This document shows positions 38,570-50,419 of a stretch of DNA of 64,000 bases, in pieces. The DNA is from Octopus sinensis. Its lineage: Eukaryota. The translations under genes and the position numbers were made by a program. Under the pieces are notes generated by a model. The model saw only the letters and a list, made by a program, of their open reading frames with translations, made no database searches and was not told the origin of the DNA. Positions within the stretch are counted from its first letter, which is position 1; every line of letters begins with the position of its first letter. The DNA lies in NCBI RefSeq assembly GCF_006345805.1, contig NC_043026.1, positions 12,379,579 through 12,443,578 on the forward strand, given 5' to 3'.

Positions 38570-40301
38570 TAAAAAACGTTTACTTCTAGAAATGAAGAGG
38601 AAAAGACGTCATTTCCGATGTGGTGTAGCTGTCGGTGACAATGGTGACAAAAAAAATTACAAAAAATAACTAAATGAACAAAGAAACAACAAACAAAAAG
38701 AGGAATATATATAGAGAGAGAATGAAAGAAACTAATAAATGTGTAGTGGATCTTGCATGCATGAAGGGGATTCGATCCACCACAGCCAAATTTAAATTAA
38801 TACAGCAACAGAATTTTCCCACGGTGGAACAATGGTTTTTCTCTGACAGCAGTTTTGCATTTTCCAGATGCCTTTAGCTAGGCCGAAATAATGTCTTCAC
38901 CACTTGACCCTTTCTAATCTCTTCTACTCCACTAAAAGCTAGAATAGAGATAACAAGACTAAATCTATTGTTCTCAATGATATATCTATCCTTCTAGATA
39001 GTTGTATAAGCAAGCACACCCCAAGCAAAAATCAGTTAGTCACCTTGGTGACAAACTCGTGAGTTGAGAGAGATCTAACATCCGTTTCTTTATTACCCAC
39101 AAGGGGCTACACACAGAGGAGACAAACAAGGACAGACAAACGGATTAAGTCGATTACATCGACCCCAGTGCGTTACTGGTACTTAATTTATCGACCCCGA
39201 AAGGATGAAAGGCAAAGTCGACCTCGGCGGAATTTGAACTCAGAACGTAACGGCAGACGAAATACAGCTACGCATTTCGCCTGGCGTTCTAATGGTTCTG
39301 CCAGCTCGCCGCCTTATCTAACATCAATTAGTGAACCGACCACTAGAGTCATGGAGGCAGGAAGACAAAACGGCCAGGAGGGGGGGGAGAAAGACAACGT
39401 CCCACACTCTCTGACTCTCACTAGCTCTAATTCTGTTCTCTTACAACATCATTCTATCTCTCTCCGCAATTACTACTAAACAATGAAGAGGACGCAAACA
39501 CAAACTTTACTTCACATGCTTTTGGATTTATCAAAACCTGCCCATTGAGGCAAGGTATTTGTAACGTAACGGTATATAAATATATACCGGCGAGCTGGCG
39601 AGCTGGCAGAAACGTTAGCACGCCGGGCGAAATGCTTAGCGGTATTTCGTCTGCGTTACGTTGTGAGTTCAAATTCCGCCGAGGTCGACTTTGTCTTTCA
39701 TCCTTTCGGGGTCGATAAATTAAGTACCAGTTACGCACTGGAGTCGATATAATCGACTTAATACCTATGTCTGTCCTTGTTTGTCCCCTCTGTGTTTAGC
39801 CCCTTCTGGGTAGTAAAGAAATAGGTATTTCGTCTGCCGTTACGTTGTGAGTTCAAATTCCGCCGAGGTCGACTTTGCCTTTCATCCTTTCGGGGTCGAT
39901 AAATTAAGTACCAGTTACGCACTGGAGTCGATGTAATCGACTTAATACCTATGTTGTCTGTCCTTGTTTGTCCCCTCTGTGTTTGGCCCCTTGTGGGTAA
40001 TAAAGAAATAGGTATATAAATACTTCTTTAAAATTTCATACATTGTCTATCTTCCACATCCTACAACATGCAATAACAACAACAACTTTTTATCGTCAAA
40101 ACTGCTGACCACAATACATCATAATATTGTTTACCAATCAATTTAAAACCGTTACAAATGTATCTGTAAATAACTCAAGCCCCATCAATCAAGCACAAAA
40201 TACACAGATGAAGAAAGATGAAAAGGAAAAAGAAATTACATAAAAATAAATATAGCAATGAAATTATCTACTAACTGAAGAGAGTAAGATATATGAATTT
40301 G

Positions 40302-40729
40302 GGCAATCTTTCGTTTCTAGTAGACCTTTCCGTCGATTTCCGTAAAAAAAATTTTTTTTTTTTTTACATATGGGCTTGCGGGAACTTTTGAAGTAATGAG
40401 AGCGAAAGAGACTAAGAGAAAGCGATTGTATGACGAGGGAAGTTCTTTTGAAGTTACCGTCCAGGGGAAGCATTGATGGACATGTGTGTGTGTGTGTGTG
40501 TTTGATGGGGTGTGGGAGACAGACAGTATGTTGTGTAAGTGAAGTGCTTCTGTTAGTGTGTGTGAAGAGACAGAGTAATGTGTGAAAGAAAGAGATAACT
40601 GAAATTTTTTACTCGGTGTATGTGTATATGTATGTATATTACTTCAAAAGTTCCCGCAAGCCCATATGTAAAAAAAAAAAAAATTTTACGGAAATCGACG
40701 GAAAGGTCTACTAGAGACGAAAGATCGCC
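40302..40729 (+). mobile_element. Merlin-like MITE family M2
   Basis: Long TIRs, GG...CC termini and a perfect 8-bp TSD, tgaatttg (40294-40301, 40730-40737). Confidence 0.85.
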
Positions 40730-41590
40730 TGAATTTGTCCAAACCAAAAGATCAATAAGTAATATATCAACCTGTGATCCATATGAAGTCGGACTTCTGA
40801 AGAAAAACGGGATTAAAGTGAGCAAAGTCTTCGAATCGTATTTGTAAGATTGTGACGTCAGATTCATTTCGAGCATGCTTCGTGATGTAATACTGTTCTC
40901 TATTCTGGAGACGAAGATTTTTGTACATTATTTACAACGGACCTTGTTTGTTGTTACCGCAACTTACGGACTTATAGCGTAGTGGATAAGAGCGCGGGAT
41001 ACTAACCCTCGGAGTCTGATAAATAACATCAGTAGAAACAGAATACCTTAGGAATGAGAACAGAGTACGCCGTTAGTCAAATAGGATCTTTTCTTTTTCT
41101 GTTACACGTGTGTCTAAAATTATTCGTTTGGTTCTAGCAGTTTGTTTTGACTGCTTACCAACCACATGGTTCCGTGTTCAGTCCCACTGCGTAGCATCTT
41201 GGGCAAGTGTCTTCTACTATAGCCTCAGACTAAACAAAGCCTTGTGAGCGGATTTAATAGACGGAAACTGAAAGAACCCCGTCGTATGTATGTATGTATG
41301 TATGTATGTATGTATGTAGAATTATTTTGTGTGTTAATTGTTTAAACTATTTTCCATTGCTTTCGGTTTTTTTTTCTTAATTGTTAAATTAATTTAATTG
41401 TTACGCGTGTGTCTAAAATTATTCGTTTGGTTTTAGCTTTACAGTTTGTTTTGAGATACACGTGTCTTAATTGTTAATTTAATTTGTTTTTGAGAATGGC
41501 TAGTCTAGGCGAGTTGTTTGATACAATGAAAACGGAGGAAGCTGCTAAAAGATCCTTGATATAAAGGGTTGGGTTCGAAATTCCACCAGA

Positions 41591-41634
41591 ACACCTGATG
41601 AAGGCTGGATATTACATCAGCTGAAACGTTGTGG
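41591..41634 (+). ncRNA. Minimal type I hammerhead ribozyme motif (Penelope-like)
   Basis: cac-CTGATGA-aggctg...cagct-GAAA-C-GTT-gtg: intact core, stem II and a short stem I. Confidence 0.5.
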
Positions 41635-42251
41635 TCACAGCAAACATGGTGAGGACACCTCTCCGTCCGTTGTAAATAATCTTCATGACGTAATTGCTGA
41701 AAACTTTTGACTGATGTGAATAACGGTGGTTTTATATAACGTTTTGAAATAAATGTAATTTGATCATTTTTCTCTTTTACTTGTTTCAGTCATTTGACTG
41801 TGGCCATGCTGAGGTCGACTTTGCCTTTCATCCTTTCGGAGTCGATTGAATAAATACCTGTTACGCACTGAGGTCGATATAATCGACTTAATCCGTTTGT
41901 CTGTCCTTGGTCGTCCCCTCTGTGTTTAGCCCCTTGTGGGTAGTAAAGAAATAGGTATTTCGTCTGTCTTTATGTTCTGTGTTTAAATTCCGCCGAGGTC
42001 GACTTTGCCTTTCGTCCTTTCAGGGTCGATTAAATAAGTACCAGTTACGCACTGAGGTCGATATAATCGACTTAATCCGTTTGTCTGTCCTTGTTTGTCC
42101 CCTCTGTGTTTAGCCCCTTGTGGGTAGTAAAAAAAAAATAGGTATTTATATTCTCTAAATATTGTTCAAAATTTCACCTACATAATCTATTGCAAATAGT
42201 ACGCGCATCTGTATGTGCGTACGTGTGTGTGTGTGTGTGTGCGTGTACCTG

Positions 42252-42600
42252 TTCCAAAGAAGACTAAGGTCGTTTCATCTGCAGGAAAGGTGACGGCCTC
42301 AGTTTTGGGGATGCAAAGAGCATTGTGCCTATTGACTATCTTGAAAAGGGCCGCACCATCAATAGAGAGTGCTACACCAACTTGCTGAAGCAGTAACGAA
42401 AGATCATCAAAACCAAACATCCAGGAAAATTGATGAAAAGGATCTTGTTTCATGAGGACAATACTGCAACACACAAGCCCTTGTTTTCAATGGCTACTGT
42501 GCATGACTGTGGCTTTGAACTAGTTGTTCACCCTCCATTTTCTATTGATTTGGCCCCCTCTATCAGATGAAAAAACACGAGAAAACACTTGACTGGGAGC
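42252..42600 (+). mobile_element. Degenerate mariner transposase fragment
   Basis: SAGKV.ASVF.DAK.IV.IDYLEKGRTIN...LFHEDN...CGFELVVHPPFSIDLAPS, a mariner catalytic region with stops. Confidence 0.85.
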
Positions 42601-42704
42601 TGGATGTTTTTCCTTCTTGTCCCATTTTTGTATTTTTTATATATAAAAATATAGCGGCGTACATACACCTTGGTCTCTCTAGCCAAAGGAGTCAGTCGCC
42701 ATGA

Positions 42705-42887
42705 GAGATCGTTAGCCACTACACACATTTTTTTCTCTCCTTGTTTTTTCTGTGTCCCTTTCTGTAGAAGAGCGTAGGCTCGAAACGTAAAAGACTTTTT
42801 CTATTCCTGAGCGTTATACTAATACATCTGTTTGTTTTGTACACCACCTGTCTTCGTCTTTTGTTGGTTTTTTTCGTAAACTCTCCC

Positions 42888-42890
<3 letters not shown>
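42705..42890 (+). mobile_element. ~185-bp repeat with (TA)n tail, possibly a Penelope-type terminal repeat; second copy at 43900-44080
   Basis: Two near-identical direct copies containing a hammerhead-like motif. Confidence 0.5.
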
Positions 42891-42920
<30 letters not shown>

Positions 42921-44319
42921 TATAAAGTTGAAAATGCACTGGGATTCGTTTAGATTTTTTTTTAATTTGTAAAGATTTAACCGGTTTCAGATTTCTTTGA
43001 TTTTCAAAAGTTGAGAGGGAAAGACGTGGAGCCATGCTGTAACTTCCTTGCTGCTGATTGGAATTCAAAAATTGCCTTGTTTTATAGAGAGAACATGGCT
43101 CAAATTAGTACCTGTTTTGGACACGTTTTGATTGGTCGAAATTCTTGAAGATAATATGCCAGGCTAGCTTTGGTTGTAGCATTTTCCTTTTCTACACCAC
43201 GGACATTGTTATTACAGAATCGTTGTTAGAAAAACCGTTTCATCGTTACCTTTTCAAAAATTGCATCTTTGTCAATTTTTATACGTTTGTTTGTTCCAGT
43301 AGATGATGATTTACAATTTACATCAACATTGAAAACTCTTGGAGCTTGTCCTTAGCCTTGCCAATGACAAACTCTCTCACTCCCCCCACACACACACACA
43401 CTTTCTTCCTGTCCGTCTGTCTATCTCTTTCTTTCTCTCTCTAAAGTAATATAATGAACACTAAAATACATAGGCGCAGGAGTGGCTGTGTGGTAAGTAG
43501 CTTGTTTGCCAACCGCATGGTTCCGGGTTCAGTCCCACTGCGTGGCACCTTGGGCAAGTGTCTTCTGCTATAGCCTCGGGCCGACCAAAGCCTTGTGAGT
43601 GGATTTGGTAGACGGAAACTGAAAGAAGCCCGTCGTATATATGTATATATATATATATATGCGTGTGTGTGTTTGTGAGTCTGTGTTTGTCCTCCTAGCA
43701 TTGCTTGACAACCGATGCTGGTGTGTTTACTTAGCGGTTCGGCAAAAGAGACTGATAGAATAAGTACTGGGCTTGCAAAAGAATAAGTCCCGGGGTCGAG
43801 TTGCTCGATTAAAGGTGGTGCTCCAGCATGGCCGCAGTCAAATGACTGAAACAAGTAAAAGAGTAAAGAGTATATATTACACTATATGAGACACCGTGAT
43901 TGATCGTTAGCCACTACACACATATTTTTCTCTCCTTGTTTTTTCTGTGTCCCTTTCTGTAGAAGAGCGTAGGCTCAAAACGTAAAGAACTTTTTCTATT
44001 CCTGAGCGTTATACTAATACATCTGTTTGTTTTGTACACCACCTGTCTTCGTCTTTTGTTTTTTTTCGTAAACTCTCCCTACTAATATATTTATACGTAC
44101 ATTATAACAAACAACCTTAAATAATGCTTGAAAACTGCCTTTACCAATTTGTTAGAAATATTTGTTCATAGACACAATTCACCAGTTCATCATTTTATGA
44201 AATGAAAATTCTTGTTGAACCCGATTTGTACTCTTCTTAACATTGATCATTAAAAGAACTTCCTGATTTTCAAATCAAACTTTATTTTGTTTTTCTTATT
44301 CAGGCTTTAAGTTAAAGTG

Positions 44320-44357
<38 letters not shown>

Positions 44358-45255
44358 TTAGCGTCCGTTTTCCATGCTAGCATGGGTTGGACGGTTTAGC
44401 TGGGGTCTGTGAAGCCGGAAGGCTTCATCAGGCCCAGTCAGATTTGGCAGTGTTTCTACGGCTGGATGCCCTTCCTAACGCCAACCACTCTGCGAGTGTA
44501 GTGGGTGTTTTTTACGTGCCACCTGCACAGGTGCCAGACAGAGCTGGCACAACGGCCACGAACGGATGGTGCTTTTACGTGTCACCGGCACGGGGGCCAG
44601 CCGAGGCTGGCAACGGACACGAACGGATGGTGCTTTTACGTGCCACCGACACGGGGCCAGACAGAGCTGGCAAACGGCCACGAACGGACGGTGCTTTTAC
44701 GTGTCACCGGCACGGGGGCCAGCCGAGGTTGGCAACGGACACGAACGGATGGTGCTTTTACGTGCCACCGACACGGTGCCAGACAGAGCTGGCAAACGGC
44801 CACGAACGGACGGTGCTTTTACGTGTCACCGGCACGGGGGCCAGCCGAGGCTGGCAACGGACACGAACGGATGGTGCTTTTACGTGCCACCGACACGGGG
44901 CCAGACAGAGCTGGCAAACGGCCACGAACGGACGGTGCTTTTACGTGTCACCGGCACCGGGGCCAGCCGAGGCTGGCAACGAACACGAACGGATGGTGCT
45001 TTTTTCGTACGTGCCACCGACACGGGGCCAGACAGAGCAGGCAAACGGCCACGAACGGACGGTGCTTTTACGTGTCACCGGCACGGGGGCCAGCCGAGGT
45101 TGGCAACGGACACGGACGGAAGGTGCTTTTACGTGTCACCGGCACGGGGCCAGGCGAGGCTGGCAACGAACACGAGCGGATGGTGCTTTTACGTGCCACC
45201 GACACGGGGCCAGACAGAGCAGGCAAACGGCCACGAACGGACGGTGCTTTTACGA
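44320..45255 (-). mobile_element. RTE 3' UTR copy with an expanded 61-bp minisatellite (~12 units, alternating A/B)
   Basis: ggtgcttttacgtg recurs at 44568, 44629, 44690 and onward; odd and even units differ consistently. Confidence 0.85.
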
Positions 45256-45487
45256 CCTCCGAAAAAAAAAACATGTATCGACTCTGGAAACTGTCTCTCC
45301 TTCGGCACTCAACAAGCTTTACGTGTCATCTTTATCTTAGGCTTATTTCACGCAGTTAAGAGCACACGGTTCACTACCTTATAGTAACACACTATAGCAG
45401 AATTCACTCCTAGTTTTCTGAGTCAATCTCAATCATTGACTAAGCACGCGTCTACCTTAATTTTGTTTTTAAAAGAAAAGAATCTCT

Positions 45488-48400
45488 GGATTTTTTTTCG
45501 GTTTGAACGGCAGTTTTTAAAATAATTTCCACGTAACTAAACACTTTTAAACTTCGTATACTGGTAGAATGTGTTTATAGAACATCTTTTTCTCTTGGCT
45601 TTATTGAGAAAATTCTATAGTTTGTAAGATATTTGGGATCGTATCGGTTTGAACGGCAGTTTTTTAGAATAATTTCCACGTAACTAAACACTTTTAAACT
45701 TCGTATACTGGTAGAATGTGTTTATAGAACATCTTTTTCTCTTGGCTTTATTGAGAAAATTCTATAGTTTGTAAGATATTTGGGATCGTTTCGGTTTGAA
45801 CGGCAGTTTTTTTAAATGATTTCCACGTAACTAAACACTTTTAAACTTCGTATACTGGTAGAATGTGTTTATAGAACATCTTTTTCTCTTGGCTTTATTG
45901 AGAAAATTCTATAGTTTGTAAGATATTTGGGATCGTATCGGTTTGAACGGCAGTTTTTTAGAATAATTTCCACGTAACTAAACACTTTTAAACTTCGTAT
46001 ACTGGTAGAATGTGTTTATAAAACATCTTTTTCTCTTGGTTTTATTGAGAAAATTCTATAGTTTGTAAGATATTTGGGATCGTATCGGTTTGAACGGCAG
46101 TTTTTTAGAATAATTTCCACGTAACTAAACACTTTTAAACTTCGTATACTGGTAGAATATGTTTATAAAACATCTTTTTCTCTTGGCTTTATTGAGAAAA
46201 TTCTATAGTTTGTAAGATATTTGGGATCTTTTCGGTTTGAACGGCAGTTTTTTAGAATAATTTCCACGTAACTAAACACTTTTAAACTTCGTATACTGGT
46301 AGAATGTGTTTATAAAACATCTTTTTCTCTTGGCTTTATTGAGAAAATTCTATAGTTTGTAAGATATTTGGGATCTTTTCGGTTTGAACGGCAGTTTTTT
46401 AAAATGATTTCCACGTAACTAAATACGTTTAAACTTCGTATACTGGTAGAATGTGTTTATAAAACATCTTTTTCTCTTGGTTTTATTGAGAAAATTCTAT
46501 AGTTTGTAAGATATTTGGGATCTTTTCGGTTTGAACGGCAGTTTTTTAAAATAATTTCCACGTAACTAAACACGTTTAAACTTCGTATACTGGTAGAATG
46601 TGTTTATAAAACATCTTTTTCTCTTGGTTTTATTGAGAAAATTCTATAGTTTGTAAGATATTTGGGATCTTTTCGGTTTGAACGGCAGTTTTTTAAAATA
46701 ATTTCCACGTAACTAAACACGTTTAAACTTCGTATACTGGTAGAATGTGTTTATAAAACATCTTTTTCTCTTGGTTTTATTGAGAAAATTCTATAGTTTG
46801 TAAGATATTTGGGATCTTTTCGGTTTGAACGGCAGTTTTTTAAAATGATTTCCACGTAACTAAACACGTTAAACTTCGTATACTGGTAGAATGTGTTTAT
46901 AAAACATCTTTTTCTCTTGGTTTTATTGAGAAAATTCTATAGTTTGTAAGATATTTGGGATCTTTTCGGTTTGAACGGCAGTTTTTTAAAATAATTTCCA
47001 CGTAACTAAACACGTTTAAACTTCGTATACTGGTAGAATGTGTTTATAAAACATCTTTTTCTCTAGGTTTTATTGAGAAAATTCTATAGTTTGTAAGATA
47101 TTGGGATCTTTTCGGTTTGAACGGCAGCAGTTTTTTAAAATAATTTCCACGTAACTAAACACGTTTAAACTTCGTATACTGGTAGAATGTGTTTATAAAA
47201 CATCTTTTTCTCTTGGTTTTATTGAGAAAATTCTATAGTTTGTAAGATATTTGGGATCTTTTCGGTTTGAACGGCAGTTTTTTAAAATGATTTCCACGTA
47301 ACTAAACACTTTTAAACTTCGTATACTGGTAGAATGTGTTTATAGAACATCTTTTTCTCTTGGCTTTATTGAGAAAATTCTATAGTTTGTAAGATATTTG
47401 GGATCTTTTCGGTTTGAACGGCAGTTTTTTAAAATGATTTCCACGTAACTAAACACTTTTAAACTTCGTATACTGGTAGAATGTGTTTATAAAACATCTT
47501 TTTCTCTTGGTTTTATTGAGAAAATTCTATAGTTTGTAAGATATTTGGGATCTTTTCGGTTTGAACGGCAGTTTTTTAGAATAATTTCCACGTAACTAAA
47601 CACTTTTAAACTTCGTATACTGGTAGAATGTGTTTATAGAACATCTTTTTCTCTTGGCTTTATTGAGAAAATTCTATAGTTTGTAAGATATTTGGGATCT
47701 TTTCGGTTTGAACGGCAGTTTTTTAAAATGATTTCCACGTAACTAAACACGTTTAAACTTCGTATACTGGTAGAATGTGTTTATAGAACATCTTTTTCTC
47801 TTGGCTTTATTGAGAAAATTCTATAGTTTGTAAGATATTTGGGATCTTTTCGGTTTGAACGGCAGTTTTTTAAAATGATTTCCACGTAACTAAACACGTT
47901 TAAACTTCGTATACTGGTAGAATGTGTTTATAAAACATCTTTTTCTCTTGGTTTTATTGAGAAAATTCTATAGTTTGTAAGATATTTGGGATCTTTTCGG
48001 TTTGAACGGCAGTTTTTTAAAATAATTTCCACGTAACTAAACACGTTTAAACTTCGTATACTGGTAGAATGTGTTTATAAAACATCTTTTTCTCTTGGTT
48101 TTATTGAGAAAATTCTATAGTTTGTAAGATATTTGGGATCTTTTCGGTTTGAACGGCAGTTTTTTAAAATGATTTCCACGTAACTAAACACTTTTAAACT
48201 TCGTATACTGGTAGAATGTGTTTATAAAACATCTTTTTCTCTTGGCTTTATTGAGAAAATTCTATAGTTTATGAGATATTTGTTGTTGTTTTTTCTTCAA
48301 TTTCTGCAATTTCAACCAATCAATGATGTCTATTGAGTTGAAAACATTCTGTGCCGTATGAATAGGTACCTCGTTTAAGAAACAGATTGGGTTTATTTAC

Positions 48401-48541
48401 ATTTGTGAAGTAAAAAAGATACCCTTCCCCCCACCCCTAAAACAGATTGAAATGCAATAGATCGATAATAGGGTCATAATTATGGGTGACAATTTCATAT
48501 GACACCGCTAGAAAAAACTCCCGTTCAAACGGAAAAGATCC
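45488..48541 (+). repeat. 147-bp satellite (19 units) made from the left end of MITE M1 and closed by one normal right half
   Basis: cgtaactaaa recurs every 147 bp from 45532 to 48179. Every unit begins with the TIR; the single right TIR ends at 48541. Confidence 0.93.
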
Positions 48542-48784
48542 AAATTTTCCAGTCTGATACATTTTAATAAAAAGCACTTTGTCCACCTTTGCCTTCTGAG
48601 TTCAAATTCCTTCCTAATTTGTTAACTTTTGAGTTCCATCCTTCTCATTCTCAAAAGTATATTCAAATAAGTAGGGTTTCTTTTTAGAACTGGAGGATAT
48701 ACCCCCAACTTGACCAAATGCTAACCTCTGACAAATATAAAGTGCAAACCATGTTGGAATAGTGTTGTTATTAAAACAGTACTG

Positions 48785-49100
48785 TGAAGGCGCATGGCTC
48801 AGTGGTTAGAGCGTTGAGCTTACAATCGTGAGGTTGTGAGCTCGAATCCCGGACCGGGCTGCGTGTTGTGTTCTTGAGCAAGACTCTTTATTTCACGTTG
48901 CTCCAGTTCACTCAGCTGTAGAAATGAGCTGTATCGGTCCCTTTGCTTTTCCCTTGGATAACATCAGTGGCATGGAGAGGAGAGGCTGGTATGCATGGGC
49001 GACTGCTGGTCTTCCATAAACAACCTTGCTCGGACTTGTGCCTGGGAGGGTAACTTTCTAGGTGCAATCACACGGTCATTCGTGACCGAAGGGGGTCTCA
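48785..49100 (+). mobile_element. tRNA-derived CORE-like SINE
   Basis: A/B boxes (tggctcagtgg, ctcgaatccc) followed by cttgagcaag...gctccagttcactcagctgtagaaatg. Confidence 0.7.
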
Positions 49101-49325
49101 GAACTGTCACTGTTACACCTCATCCAAATGCTCACGCACAAACATGCCATAACCACTAGACATGGAGAGGAATTACAACCCTGTTTCGTGGTCTGCTACC
49201 ACAACAGCTCCTTTATAGGGTCCAGTTAGCTCAAGACATCATCAAAAGATCCCCAAAAAGTACTGGGGTCAATTCAGTTGACTTAAAAATTCTCCAAGGT
49301 GGTGCTCCAGTATGGTCGCAGTCTA

Positions 49326-49619
<294 letters not shown>

Positions 49620-50419
49620 TCACAGAAGCCTTTTGACATTGATAGAATTATTCTTGTATATGAACGGAGATAAACATGGTTAATTGTCTGTTCAGAGCAA
49701 TGCTGCTCAACCAGGGTCCAAGTAAGACTTCTGGGGGTCATCACAAGCAAAATGGTAAATTAGGGATCCACAGTAGTTTATTAAGGGTCCATGTGGAGGC
49801 ACATGGCCTAGTGGTTAGAGCAGCGGACTCGTGGTCGAGGGATTGTGGGTTCGAATCTCAGACCGAGCGATGTGTGTGTTTATGAGCGAAACACCTAAGC
49901 TCCACGTGGCTCCGGCAGAAGGTAATGGCGAACTTCTGCTGACTCTTTCGCCATAAATTTCTCTCTCTCTTTCCTCCTGCATCTTGCAGCTCACCTGCGA
50001 TGGACCGGCGTCCCGTCCAGGTGGGGAACCTATACGCCAAGAAACCGGGAAACCGACCCTTATTAGCCAGGCATGGCTCGAGAAGGAACAAAACAATATA
50101 ATCCATCATTGTCGTGGAGACACATGGCCTAGTGGTTAGAGCAGCGGACTCGCGGTCGAGGGATCGTGGGTTCGAATCTCAGACCGGGGCGATGTGTGTG
50201 TTTATGAGCGAAACACCTAAGCTCCATGTGGCTCCGGCAGAAGGTAATGGCGAACTTCTGCTGACTCTTTCGCCACGACTTTCTCTCACTCTTTCCTCCT
50301 GCATCTTGCAGCTCACCTGCAACGGACTGGCGTCCTGTCCAGGTGGGGAACCTATACGCCAAGGAAACTGGGAACCCGGCCCTATGAGCCAGGCATGGCT
50401 CGAGAAGGAACAAACAAAA

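Noticed and set aside
44387-45384. Long ORFs of 272-317 aa in three frames
   Set aside because: They are stop-free by-products of a GC-rich 61-bp minisatellite. The same applies to 11033-11489, 21326-22220, 26534-27099 and 27919-28617.
48785-48860. tRNA-like sequences here and at 4240-4313, 49792 and 50114
   Set aside because: They have A/B boxes but run into SINE bodies and lack a convincing acceptor stem or cloverleaf.
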